Shown: positions 1 through 7,945 of the stretch, piece by piece | Layout: the number at the start of each line of letters is the position of its first letter | Numbering within the stretch: position 1 is the first letter of the stretch | Virus record (IMG/VR): IMGVR_UViG_3300046010_012285 | Span: 6,598 to 70,597 of that record | Length of the DNA stretch: 64,000 bases | Source of the DNA: a virus | Taxonomy: Duplodnaviria; Caudoviricetes | Reading direction: 5' to 3' (one strand) | Position numbers and translations under genes: made by a program | Notes under the pieces: model-generated | What the model was told of the DNA's origin: nothing | Seen by the model: the letters and a program-made list of their open reading frames with translations, nothing else | Databases searched by the model: none

Positions 1-461
1 ATCTTTTCAGCATTCTCTTGAATAGAAGGATAAGTAAGCATATTGAAAGCTTCGCCGTGCTTCTTGATAAACTTATCCCAGTCCTTCTTTTGCTCCTGAG
101 TAAGAGGAGTCTTTGTGGGCCGAGCCTCTCCAGCCTTACGAATAATTTCAACCAGCTTATCTTCCATTACGCGAGCAGCAGCAGAGATGTGCGCCTTATC
201 TGGATAAATCGCTTGGCGAATAGAAGTGGAACCATCCTTAATGTGAATCAGCCAAAAGCCATTACGAAGCCCATCATAAGCATAAGGGTCATTGTCAGGA
301 ATGAACTTCTTACCTACCTTACGATAAAGCCGTTGATCTTCTTTTTCAGCAGCCCTTGCAGTGACTGGATCTGTTTGAAATTTGAAGTTAAACAATTCAT
401 GATAACGTATAGCTTCATTTCTGTAATGCTCGATAGTTTCTGTGTCAGATTTAGTAGCCAT
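1..461 (-). CDS. hypothetical protein, runs off the window edge (3' partial)
   Basis: Not in the ORF track. Manual translation from ATG at 461 (MATKSDTETIEHYRNEA...MLTYPSIQENAEK) is open to base 1 and co-oriented with its neighbours. Confidence 0.75.
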   Translation of the reverse strand, partial: MATKSDTETIEHYRNEAIRYHELFNFKFQTDPVTARAAEKEDQRLYRKVGKKFIPDNDPYAYDGLRNGFWLIHIKDGSTSIRQAIYPDKAHISAAARVMEDKLVEIIRKAGEARPTKTPLTQEQKKDWDKFIKKHGEAFNMLTYPSIQENAEK

Positions 462-466
462 ATTTT

Positions 467-688
467 TTATTCGTAATAATACTTTTGCCCACCGAAATAG
501 TATCTAACCCTTTTAAGCGAATCAAGATTCAAAACGTGGTACTTCAAGTCTTCCTTTTCGTATGACTTGAGACCTTTCTTGCTTTTGAGCCGTTTGATCT
601 CGGTTTCAATACAATCAATGGAATTAGTGATACTGGAAACGATGATGCCGTCCATCATATCTTCGTCAACTTCGATTTTAATTTTCAT
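467..688 (-). CDS. hypothetical protein
   Basis: ORF 467..781 trimmed to MKIKIEVDED, which removes the overlap with the SNase gene. Confidence 0.6.
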   Translation of the reverse strand: MKIKIEVDEDMMDGIIVSSITNSIDCIETEIKRLKSKKGLKSYEKEDLKYHVLNLDSLKRVRYYFGGQKYYYE

Positions 689-692
689 AAAA

Positions 693-1115
693 TTAAGGTA
701 TCTCGCCCCTTTCTCTGAGCTTAGTGGCGTTTGCCCTGTGCAGTTGTTCAAGGTTAACCTTGCTCTTGCCATCGTAAGCAACAGCGTAGTTGCGCTGAAC
801 CATCCACTTATTCACATCAATTCCGCCCCCTGTTTGGACATGACCCAAGATTCGGCCAAACTTGTCGTCAGGATCAAGCTCTGTGCGAATGATAAGTGAA
901 CCAGAATAGTCATCAAGAGCGTCAATTAAGCCTGCCAATGCTGCTTTCCCCATAGCTTTCATCTCCTTATCGGAGGTTCTAATTTCTGGGGTGTCAATAC
1001 CAGCCAAGCGGATTCTTTGATTTCTGAGCCAAACACCAAAGCCCAAATCAAAGTCAACTTCGATTGTATCGCCGTCAATAACTTTGACTAAATCAGCCTT
1101 GTATTGATACAGCAT
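693..1115 (-). CDS. thermonuclease (SNase-like) family nuclease
   Basis: VIDGDTIEV and RIRLAGIDTPE motifs, GRILG and YAVAY segments typical of SNase. Confidence 0.9.
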   Translation of the reverse strand: MLYQYKADLVKVIDGDTIEVDFDLGFGVWLRNQRIRLAGIDTPEIRTSDKEMKAMGKAALAGLIDALDDYSGSLIIRTELDPDDKFGRILGHVQTGGGIDVNKWMVQRNYAVAYDGKSKVNLEQLHRANATKLRERGEIP

Positions 1116-1116
1116 A

Positions 1117-1332
1117 TTACTCGGCTCCTTCCATTTCTACTGTCCACTCTGTGTCATTGTAGACATGATCCCAAAGAATCTGGCTTTCTTCTTCGGAAAG
1201 CCCCATTGAAGCAGCGATGCGATCAAAACGCTTGTCTTGCCTAAGCTGGCTCTTCAGAATCATATCCTTAAAATTCTTGATTCGCTTCTGATACTTCTTT
1301 TTGATAACGAGTTTGGATGGATTTTCGCTCAT
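1117..1332 (-). CDS. hypothetical protein
   Basis: 71-aa ORF tightly packed in the minus-strand block. Confidence 0.6.
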   Translation of the reverse strand: MSENPSKLVIKKKYQKRIKNFKDMILKSQLRQDKRFDRIAASMGLSEEESQILWDHVYNDTEWTVEMEGAE

Positions 1333-1345
1333 AATTTAATAGTTT

Positions 1346-1672
1346 TTAATCAGTCTTTTGGTTAGCTTGTTGTACGTAGTCGAGAAGTTCGCGGGCAGCA
1401 TCAATGTAATTCGCCTTCAGTTGGTGGAACTGAGGATCGCTGATGTCGCGGTAATTAGAATAGTGTCTGAACGCAGCATCGAAGCCTTCGGTATCGATGA
1501 TAGACAAGATGCTTTCTGCGTCGTGCGGGCGCATGAGATTCTGGAACTCACGCTCTTCGTGCTGTGGCGCATCTTGTTCTTGTGCTGGCAGCTTTGTAAT
1601 CGCAATTATTGTAATGCCCAAGGCCGTGCCAGCAATAAAACTTACGGCGATTCTTTGAATAACGTCTTTCAT
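1346..1672 (-). CDS. hypothetical protein with N-terminal TM/signal segment
   Basis: Hydrophobic IAVSFIAGTALGITIIAI; sits directly behind a sigma70-like promoter. Confidence 0.65.
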   Translation of the reverse strand: MKDVIQRIAVSFIAGTALGITIIAITKLPAQEQDAPQHEEREFQNLMRPHDAESILSIIDTEGFDAAFRHYSNYRDISDPQFHQLKANYIDAARELLDYVQQANQKTD

Positions 1673-1679
1673 AGGAGAA

Positions 1680-1707
1680 AAAGTATAAGTGTTGGGAGAA
1701 ATGTCAA
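1680..1707 (-). promoter_or_regulatory. sigma70-like promoter TTGACA-N16-TACTTT, 7 nt before ATG 1672
   Basis: Read directly from the sequence. Confidence 0.6.
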
Positions 1708-1710
1708 GTG

Positions 1711-1902
1711 TTAATCTGAATATTCGTCAAAATGTCCGTACCTTACAAACTGATAAATGTTTGGCACCGATTCCATAAAGAAAGACCAGTTAGGGTAAAG
1801 AATTAAATATATGGCGCAGGGTATTGCAAAAAACGTAACAACTGCCAATGCTACCGCGAGTCTGACTGGCATTGTGATTAGGCTTAAAAAGGTGTCTTTC
1901 AT
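1711..1902 (-). CDS. small membrane protein
   Basis: 63 aa with a long hydrophobic stretch. Confidence 0.55.
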   Translation of the reverse strand: MKDTFLSLITMPVRLAVALAVVTFFAIPCAIYLILYPNWSFFMESVPNIYQFVRYGHFDEYSD

Positions 1903-1905
1903 TTT

Positions 1906-2553
1906 TTATATGATAAAAACCTTGGGCTCGTTCACAATTCGATAATCTTCATTGCAGAGACAAACATTGGAAAAGATTGTGCTGCCAAAGGTCTTTTCAG
2001 ATCCGCCAGAAAAGTGGATGTGACCAAACAAATGAAGTTTCAGCTTCAGTTGCTGAACTCTCTTGGCAAGTTCTTCGCAGCCAACTTCGTCAGGAAAGCC
2101 GCGATCTCTCAGAACTGTATCACAAATCTTATGCGGTGGGCCATGACTAATCAGAACATCAGTATCATCGGGAATAGCCTCCCAGTGCTTACGAATATCG
2201 GAGCCCCGCTTGCGATTGAACGCCCAATTAAAAAAGGTCGGCGTTACCGGAGAGCCCCAAAAGTTCACGCCATCAATAGAAATGCCAGTATCTTCCAAGT
2301 AAATTAGCTCTGGGCACTCTCTGACCAATGCTTTAGCAACGCCGCTATTTTTTTCAAATAGAACATCATGATTGCCCGCAATGAAAATTTTATGCTTGTG
2401 GGGCATAGCATTGAACCAATGCAAGAATTTTTGAGCATCTTTTATGTTTCCCCAAGAGCAAAAATCGCCGCAATGAATTAAAACGTCGCCATCTGGGATG
2501 TTTTTAACATTGAGGTGTAAACCATGAGTATCTGACAGAGCGACGATTTTCAT
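1906..2553 (-). CDS. calcineurin-like metallophosphoesterase
   Basis: SDTHG, HCGD, GNHD, SHGPP and GHIH motifs. Confidence 0.92.
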   Translation of the reverse strand: MKIVALSDTHGLHLNVKNIPDGDVLIHCGDFCSWGNIKDAQKFLHWFNAMPHKHKIFIAGNHDVLFEKNSGVAKALVRECPELIYLEDTGISIDGVNFWGSPVTPTFFNWAFNRKRGSDIRKHWEAIPDDTDVLISHGPPHKICDTVLRDRGFPDEVGCEELAKRVQQLKLKLHLFGHIHFSGGSEKTFGSTIFSNVCLCNEDYRIVNEPKVFII

Positions 2554-2558
2554 TTAAA

Positions 2559-2990
2559 ATGGAGGAACAACAGATACAATCACTAAAAATGGAGATTAGT
2601 CAAGAGGTCTTGCCCAAAAAAATATGTATTAAATGTTCTGAGGAGACTGAGAATTTTAGAAAACGGCAAGATGGATATCAGAGGCGCGTGTGCAGAAAAT
2701 GCGAAAATTCAGAGGGAATCAAAAGAAAAACTTCGACCAAAACTAAATGCGTCGAATACAAGGGCGGCAAATGTTTTGCTTGTGGCTACAATAAGTATCA
2801 AGGCTCTCTTGACTTTCATCACATTGATCCAAAAGAAAAAGACTTTTCAATCGGCAATATGAGAGGAACATCTTTTGAGAACTTAAAACAAGAGTTAGAT
2901 AAGTGTGTTTTACTCTGCAAGAACTGCCATTGTGAAGTTCACGCTGGCTTAATTGATCTGAATAAAATTGGTAGTCCCGCTGGGATTTGA
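2559..2990 (+). CDS. HNH endonuclease (zinc-binding, homing-type)
   Basis: CFACGY...DFHHIDP...CVLLCKNCHCEVH; opposite strand to its neighbours. Confidence 0.85.
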   Translation: MEEQQIQSLKMEISQEVLPKKICIKCSEETENFRKRQDGYQRRVCRKCENSEGIKRKTSTKTKCVEYKGGKCFACGYNKYQGSLDFHHIDPKEKDFSIGNMRGTSFENLKQELDKCVLLCKNCHCEVHAGLIDLNKIGSPAGI

Positions 2991-3044
2991 ACCCAGAACC
3001 TAGCCCTTATAAAGAGCTTGCTCTAACCGTTAAGCTACGGGACG
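2969..3044 (-). tRNA. tRNA-Ile, anticodon TAT, encoded CCA
   Basis: Cloverleaf folded by hand: anticodon arm AGCTC-TTTATAA-GGGCT, T arm CTGGG-TTCAAAT-CCCAG, 3' ACCA; pair 1:72 is C:T. Confidence 0.9.
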
Positions 3045-3050
3045 ATAAAA

Positions 3051-3278
3051 TTAGTTAGTCCAGCCTCTGCGCGTTCTTAACTTTCCGCCACTTACGCTAC
3101 CGGGATTATGTCTTGAAGCAATAAACCTATTGGTCATTTGGATTAACTCATTATATGTTTTTTCTTTTAGAAGTCCATCCGAAAAACCAGCTTTTTTAAG
3201 ATTCTTGACCATCGATGATCTGCTTGGAGTGTACTGATTTTTTTTATTTTTAAAATCTTTCGGAACGAATATTCTCAT
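3051..3278 (-). CDS. hypothetical basic protein between tRNAs
   Basis: 75-aa ORF that fills the gap between two tRNAs. Confidence 0.55.
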   Translation of the reverse strand: MRIFVPKDFKNKKNQYTPSRSSMVKNLKKAGFSDGLLKEKTYNELIQMTNRFIASRHNPGSVSGGKLRTRRGWTN

Positions 3279-3297
3279 TGCAGTTTTGTGTTAAAAT

Positions 3298-3372
3298 TGG
3301 TGGTGCCAGTGGGATTTGAACCCACAACCAACGACTTAAAAGGACGCTGCTCTACCATTGAGCTATAGCACC
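3298..3372 (-). tRNA. tRNA-Lys, anticodon TTT, encoded CCA
   Basis: Acceptor GGTGCTA/TGGCACC, loop CTTTTAA, T arm GTGGG-TTCAAAT-CCCAC. Confidence 0.92.
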
Positions 3373-3378
3373 AAAAAG

Positions 3379-3645
3379 TTAGTTAGTTACCACAAACATT
3401 TGGTCATACATTACGGGAACCGTAGTGTCCAATAGAAGTGTTGAAAGCATACGATTTCCAATTCCTGCCCCTTCAGAATAAATACCTTCAATGTTCTCAA
3501 CGATAGAAGTGTCGCCAATCTTGCTATCATTCATAATATCTGTGAAGGTGTCACCAAACATCTCTGAAGGAATAATGTTGTCTGGAAAGCGCTTGCCAGT
3601 CTTAATGCAACGAACATTGTATTCGATAACGTAACCTTTTTTCAT
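3379..3645 (-). CDS. hypothetical protein
   Basis: ORF 3379..3690 trimmed to MKKGYVIEY because the longer start lies inside the CAT tRNA. Confidence 0.55.
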   Translation of the reverse strand: MKKGYVIEYNVRCIKTGKRFPDNIIPSEMFGDTFTDIMNDSKIGDTSIVENIEGIYSEGAGIGNRMLSTLLLDTTVPVMYDQMFVVTN

Positions 3646-3656
3646 AGTATGGGAAT

Positions 3657-3732
3657 TGGTGGGCGGTGAGGGATTCGAACCCCCACTCAAAGGATTATGA
3701 GTCCTCTGCTTTAACCGTTAAGCTAACCGCCC
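3657..3732 (-). tRNA. tRNA with CAT anticodon (elongator Met or Ile2), encoded CCA
   Basis: Acceptor GGGCGGT/ACCGCCC, anticodon arm GAGGA-CTCATAA-TCCTT; lacks initiator hallmarks (1:72 is paired, no 3 G:C run). Confidence 0.88.
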
Positions 3733-3737
3733 GAAAG

Positions 3738-3814
3738 TGGCGCGAGGACCGAGAATCGAACTCGGAACCGACAGTTTAGAAAACTGTTGCTCTATCCAGT
3801 TGAGCTATCCTCGC
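3738..3814 (-). tRNA. tRNA-Arg, anticodon TCT, encoded CCA
   Basis: Acceptor GCGAGGA/TCCTCGC, arm ACAGT-TTTCTAA-ACTGT, T arm CCGAG-TTCGATT-CTCGG. Confidence 0.92.
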
Positions 3815-3821
3815 GTTTAAA

Positions 3822-4133
3822 TTAATAAAAATTAGTAACGATGCCTTTTTCTTTTACCCGCTCCTTGAAATCTTCAAAGTTTTGTTTTGCAGCATTATCT
3901 CTTTCGATCTGATCGATTTCTGCCTGACGCTGCTTTTCTCTTGCTAACTTACGCATGTCCTTCTGATGCTTGCGGTCCTTCGATTCGTCATAAGTTAGCG
4001 CCCTTTCAAACTCGGCCCGATACTTGTTTAAGATGAAGTTGTATGTCTTCATCGTTGAAGACGCGGTGGCAGAAGGAGCATTGCCATCGTAAGAATCAAC
4101 GGAGCTTTGAGCAATGGGAGTGCGCTCGTCCAT
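3822..4133 (-). CDS. hypothetical coiled-coil protein
   Basis: 103-aa charged helical ORF. Confidence 0.6.
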   Translation of the reverse strand: MDERTPIAQSSVDSYDGNAPSATASSTMKTYNFILNKYRAEFERALTYDESKDRKHQKDMRKLAREKQRQAEIDQIERDNAAKQNFEDFKERVKEKGIVTNFY

Positions 4134-4154
4134 TGTAAGAGTTGTTAAGTTTTT

Positions 4155-4481
4155 TCAACCAACGACCGTCTTGCCCTTGAAATAGTTTTCGCAGCGGAGC
4201 TTGAAGTGGTCGTAAACGGTCGTACCATCACGGCGACGAACAGAAAGCATAGAGAGCGGGATCGGGGCGATAGAACCCTTGAAAGAACGCTGGTAAGCGA
4301 TCTCGACGCCGAGATTGGTATCGAATCGGTCGCCAGCAGTGAAGTTGCAGAGCGACCAGCCGATATAAATCATATCGGGGAAGGCGATGGTATGAGTCGC
4401 GGCGAATACTCCGATCCGCTGCTTCTTGTTGTCTAGCACGTAAACGTGCATTCCGTCTTGATGGTGTAGTTGTTCAGTCAT
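4155..4481 (-). CDS. hypothetical phage protein
   Basis: 108-aa ORF downstream of a sigma70-like promoter. Confidence 0.65.
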   Translation of the reverse strand: MTEQLHHQDGMHVYVLDNKKQRIGVFAATHTIAFPDMIYIGWSLCNFTAGDRFDTNLGVEIAYQRSFKGSIAPIPLSMLSVRRRDGTTVYDHFKLRCENYFKGKTVVG

Positions 4482-4502
4482 TGTGGTTGTGGCGATGATG
4501 TT

Positions 4503-4531
4503 AAGGTACTAAATCTTGCTACTTTGGTCAA
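4503..4531 (-). promoter_or_regulatory. sigma70-like promoter TTGACC-N17-TACCTT, possibly also driving the tRNA cluster
   Basis: Read directly; AT-rich tract upstream. Confidence 0.6.
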
Positions 4532-4545
4532 GCACTTTTTGAAAA

Positions 4546-4566
4546 TTTTCTAAAATTTTTAGAAAA
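4546..4566. repeat. perfect 10-bp inverted repeat TTTTCTAAAA-T-TTTTAGAAAA
   Basis: Read directly; lies between the GT2 stop codon and the promoter. Confidence 0.7.
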
Positions 4567-4568
4567 AA

Positions 4569-5816
4569 TTATATTTTAATTTCTCCGGGCGCGTAGCAGC
4601 TTTCGTCTCCTCCTTTGAGGGCAGTTAAGTGAGCCATAACATAAATTATGTGATGCTGTTTATGCCAACTTGTCGGATACCAATTTTTAATATGAGTAAG
4701 TTGAAATCTCACAGGTGTGTTAACGTAAGCCGCTGTTTGCGATTGCGTATAATACCAAAAAGAATTTGAATTCCAAAATGAAACGTGAGTTGGGTCTTGA
4801 AATGCGCCTCTACCATCCGTAGATGGCGTGTTCGATAAAAGCATCCCGCCAGGAGCTAAGATACGATGAATTTCTTTCATTGTTTGAATTTTATCTTTTA
4901 AATGCTCTAAAGCATCAGAAGCTCTAACAATTCCAGCGCTATTTTCTGCGAAAGGCCAAGGAGCTTGATTTAAATCATGTTTGACATCACTCCTCTCAAT
5001 GTCTATGCTAGTATAACCCTTTGGAGGATTATGCCCACCACACAAATCAACTTTCAAAAGATTATTTAAATCACACCATCTTTCCATCATTGGAGTTATA
5101 TATTTTTCATAAAGAACTAAGGTATGGCTTTGTATCCATTTGTTTAAATCTTTCGAAAGAAAAGAATTATCTTTATGAAGGTGGTATTTGTATAAAGGTA
5201 TCGATATTTTATGCATAATACCATTAATATAGGTTCGGCACATTAAGTCCTGATCGTCCAAAGCTTTCATTTCAATATCGTGTCCACCAATCATATGGTA
5301 AAAGCCCTTTTTCCAAACCCTAATATGGTTTGGCGCATACCAAATGCGAGACAAGCTTTGAGGGCTGTGCGGGAAAGTCTTATTAATCAAATGTTTTTCG
5401 CCTTCAAATTCAAAATCATAATGCTTCCAGCCCCATTTAGAATCAAAAATAACACTTTTTCCGTTTTTTACTTCTATTGAATCTGAATATAAAAAATTAG
5501 CTTCTGGATTCAGAAAAGAATTCTTAATAATTTCTTCGACGCAGTTTGGAAGAAGTTCGTCATCGTGATCTACCTCTGCAAGCCAGTCGCCTGTTCCTTG
5601 TTTAAAGGCAAAATTTTTTATTTTTCCTATGATTTTGTCTTCATGAGGGTATGGTACAATGCGTATCCAATTTTCTTTAGGAAGAAAGGATACGTCTGTT
5701 CCATTGTTTGGAACAACAACCCATTCAAAGTCTTTGGATGTTTGTTTTTTTATAGACTCATAAAGTCTATTCAAATAAATTGGATTGTGAGTGGGGGTGA
5801 TAAGTGATACTTTCAT
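4569..5816 (-). CDS. GT2 glycosyltransferase fused to a class I SAM methyltransferase-like domain
   Basis: SLITPTHN, EVDHDD (DxD) and DDQDL in the N-terminal part; VDLCGG, DALEH and EIHRILAPGG in the C-terminal part. Confidence 0.85.
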   Translation of the reverse strand: MKVSLITPTHNPIYLNRLYESIKKQTSKDFEWVVVPNNGTDVSFLPKENWIRIVPYPHEDKIIGKIKNFAFKQGTGDWLAEVDHDDELLPNCVEEIIKNSFLNPEANFLYSDSIEVKNGKSVIFDSKWGWKHYDFEFEGEKHLINKTFPHSPQSLSRIWYAPNHIRVWKKGFYHMIGGHDIEMKALDDQDLMCRTYINGIMHKISIPLYKYHLHKDNSFLSKDLNKWIQSHTLVLYEKYITPMMERWCDLNNLLKVDLCGGHNPPKGYTSIDIERSDVKHDLNQAPWPFAENSAGIVRASDALEHLKDKIQTMKEIHRILAPGGMLLSNTPSTDGRGAFQDPTHVSFWNSNSFWYYTQSQTAAYVNTPVRFQLTHIKNWYPTSWHKQHHIIYVMAHLTALKGGDESCYAPGEIKI

Positions 5817-5837
5817 AGCTTATGATGATTCCTCACT

Positions 5838-6122
5838 TTAATTTTTAACCTCTTTTTGCAAGTCGAGGTACTTTTTTTCAGCCATCGCAAGTCCTTGCGG
5901 GCCAGAGAAATGCCAGCCTTTGGTGCCGAAATCTTCGTCCTTGGGCAAGTATTCTGCGGGCTCTACCTTAACGCCCTTGATTTCGTAGCCGTTGTGCCGC
6001 TGTACCAGCACAACTTCGTAGCCCCCGCACTTGGAATACATAGCGACTTTTTCCGTGCGCTTAACCAGCTTCATGGTCATGCCATGATTTTTAAGTTCAG
6101 AGGGAAGAGGTTTAAAATTCAT
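5838..6122 (-). CDS. hypothetical protein
   Basis: ORF 5838..6167 trimmed to MNFKPLP. Confidence 0.6.
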   Translation of the reverse strand: MNFKPLPSELKNHGMTMKLVKRTEKVAMYSKCGGYEVVLVQRHNGYEIKGVKVEPAEYLPKDEDFGTKGWHFSGPQGLAMAEKKYLDLQKEVKN

Positions 6123-6327
6123 TTTTAATCCTGTCGTTGAATCCTTTTGAGCAGCGGGGCATTCCATTTACTTTTAAGTGAGCAGAAGACCATTTTAATT
6201 GCACGAAGCAGTCGGCGCAAACATAGCCAATGTCAACGTCTTGTCTGCAAGCCTCCACTTCTGGGTTAAATTGATCCTCGCAGCACTGACAGATAACGAT
6301 TGTTGGGGCGTGAGCGTCTTCAGACAT
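6112..6327 (-). CDS. small Cys-rich (zinc-finger-like) protein
   Basis: CQCC...CADC; start trimmed to MSEDAH. Confidence 0.55.
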   Translation of the reverse strand: MSEDAHAPTIVICQCCEDQFNPEVEACRQDVDIGYVCADCFVQLKWSSAHLKVNGMPRCSKGFNDRIKNEF

Positions 6328-6328
6328 A

Positions 6329-6694
6329 TTACTGCCAAGTACGGTGTTTTTCTGCGATCCATTCGCAGCCATCATATTCCATCAATACCCAATCAACGTC
6401 GGCAGGAATTTCAACAATCTTCAATACGATATCATACTGACTCATCTCTTCTAGCGGCTTATCTAAGCCAAGTTCAACGATTGTTTCGATTAGAATTGGG
6501 TCATCTCTTGCGATGTCTCGGCAAGAAAAATACTCGCCGTTAACAGTGAAATAATATTTTGATCCAAAAAAATTATGGGCTCTTAGTTTCTTCTCATAAG
6601 CGATTCCCTTCTTGTTCAAGAAGCTTTCGATGGCTTGGTGAGGGAGAAAGAAACCGCCGTATTCGCGGCTAATGGCGATCTTGCGTGTATTCAT
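6329..6694 (-). CDS. conserved phage hypothetical protein
   Basis: YGGF...RDDPIL...LKIVEIP...EYDG.EWIAEKHRTW pattern recalled from other phage proteins. Confidence 0.7.
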   Translation of the reverse strand: MNTRKIAISREYGGFFLPHQAIESFLNKKGIAYEKKLRAHNFFGSKYYFTVNGEYFSCRDIARDDPILIETIVELGLDKPLEEMSQYDIVLKIVEIPADVDWVLMEYDGCEWIAEKHRTWQ

Positions 6695-6774
6695 TTGTTT
6701 TTGAAATAGTTAGGTTTGTTAAGCAAATAGTATAAAGCAACTATAAATATAATAAAACTAATTCCTGACATTAG

Positions 6775-6780
6775 GTGTAA
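6775..6780 (+). promoter_or_regulatory. GTGTAA motif (putative phage late promoter), 8 nt before ATG 6789
   Basis: One of eight copies oriented toward an adjacent start codon. Confidence 0.5.
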
Positions 6781-6788
6781 AATAAAAT

Positions 6789-7052
6789 ATGGAAAGCCCC
6801 CGTTTACTCCAAGCCGAAATCCATAGTAATTTTAGCACCGCTTCTGGTGATTGGGCGGCGTACAAATCAGAAATTACCGGACTGTACTCTGCAACTGGTT
6901 ATGGAGCTTCTGGCAACGCTACTTTTGGCGACTTCTCCGATCATTTAATCAGAGAGTTTAATGGCAAAATCGTAGAGCTTGGAATGCCTACTGGCTTACT
7001 GATCCAGCCCTACGATGCCGGTTATCGTTTAACAGGAATAGCTATTAGCTAG
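6789..7052 (+). CDS. hypothetical protein, possibly virion-associated
   Basis: Lone plus-strand gene behind GTGTAA; rich in SG/TG like the tail proteins. Confidence 0.6.
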   Translation: MESPRLLQAEIHSNFSTASGDWAAYKSEITGLYSATGYGASGNATFGDFSDHLIREFNGKIVELGMPTGLLIQPYDAGYRLTGIAIS

Positions 7053-7371
7053 CCTTTTCCGTCTTATCCTTAACGTAAGCTGACATAAGAACACAGTAGT
7101 TAAGGATGTCTAGGATCGCATCCTCATACGTCTCGTTCTTGACTGCCAGCTTGCCGTCAGCAGCGAAGGTAGAAAGGCGAGAAACCTTATCTACGATTCG
7201 GACCAAGAACCCCTGCTCAACAGAGCAAACCCCCATCGCCTCGCAGCGTTGGAAATTTGCAAAGGGGGTATCGCCCTTGCTGCCAGCATAGTCATTGTTT
7301 TTGGTCTTCATAATATCGAACGCCTTGGCGCACAGATGATTATGATGGGCGAAAAGTTGGTCGCGTGTCAT
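7045..7371 (-). CDS. nucleotide-modification-associated domain 1 (Nmad1/DUF1599-like, MazG-like helical fold)
   Basis: KNNDYAG...PFANF...RIVDKVSRL...ETYEDAILDILNY. Confidence 0.75.
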   Translation of the reverse strand: MTRDQLFAHHNHLCAKAFDIMKTKNNDYAGSKGDTPFANFQRCEAMGVCSVEQGFLVRIVDKVSRLSTFAADGKLAVKNETYEDAILDILNYCVLMSAYVKDKTEKAS

Positions 7372-7376
7372 TTTAA

Positions 7377-7685
7377 TTAATTCTTAATGAGGGTGCTGCG
7401 GAACTTTTTGACCGTTTGGAAGATCGAAGCGTCGGAGTTAACCGGCATAATATCTCTAACAGTCTCGTTCTTTTCGTCCTTGTAAGCGTGAACAACAACA
7501 AGGTCTTCGTCAGTCCGGTCGGACTCTAGGCGCAAGCAGTTGGCGACCCAAGCTGCGACGTTCTCGAAAGCCATATCGTAAAAATTTACGCAAGTTTTCA
7601 AAGAGCCGTCAGCCTCAATCGACCATACTTCAAACCAGTTCTTGTTTGTCTCGATTCCCTTAGTGAGTGTAGTTACGGTATCCAT
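7377..7685 (-). CDS. hypothetical protein
   Basis: 102 aa, 1-nt overlap with the upstream ORF. Confidence 0.6.
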   Translation of the reverse strand: MDTVTTLTKGIETNKNWFEVWSIEADGSLKTCVNFYDMAFENVAAWVANCLRLESDRTDEDLVVVHAYKDEKNETVRDIMPVNSDASIFQTVKKFRSTLIKN

Positions 7686-7939
7686 TAGTTATTGGTATGA
7701 AACTCCTTGGCGCGGGCCAGCATAAAGTCGTGGATGAAATGGCGGGTTTCTCTGTCTAGCAGTCGTCCATTCTCCTGCGGCAAACCCTTAATAACCTCCT
7801 CAAAGTTTAGACCGAAACAGAGGCAGAGCCCCTTGATCTTACGGTAAATTCCAATTTCCTTGTACTTGAGGAGGGCGAAAGCCACATCAAGTTCAGTTTC
7901 GTTAGCTGCGCTAAGTTTAGCAGTTAGTGGATTATTCAT
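7685..7939 (-). CDS. hypothetical protein
   Basis: 84 aa, packed directly behind rIIB. Confidence 0.6.
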   Translation of the reverse strand: MNNPLTAKLSAANETELDVAFALLKYKEIGIYRKIKGLCLCFGLNFEEVIKGLPQENGRLLDRETRHFIHDFMLARAKEFHTNN

Positions 7940-7945
7940 GGCTGA

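Noticed and set aside
18-476. 152-aa plus-strand ORF
   Set aside because: It is the antisense shadow of the minus-strand gene 1..461, which fits the local gene orientation and packing.
3646-3690. N-terminal extension of ORF 3379..3690
   Set aside because: It overlaps the CAT tRNA, so the start was moved to 3645.
6742-6749. T4-type late promoter TATAAATA
   Set aside because: It was noticed at only one gene start, in a very AT-rich gap. GTGTAA explains the late-type genes more consistently.
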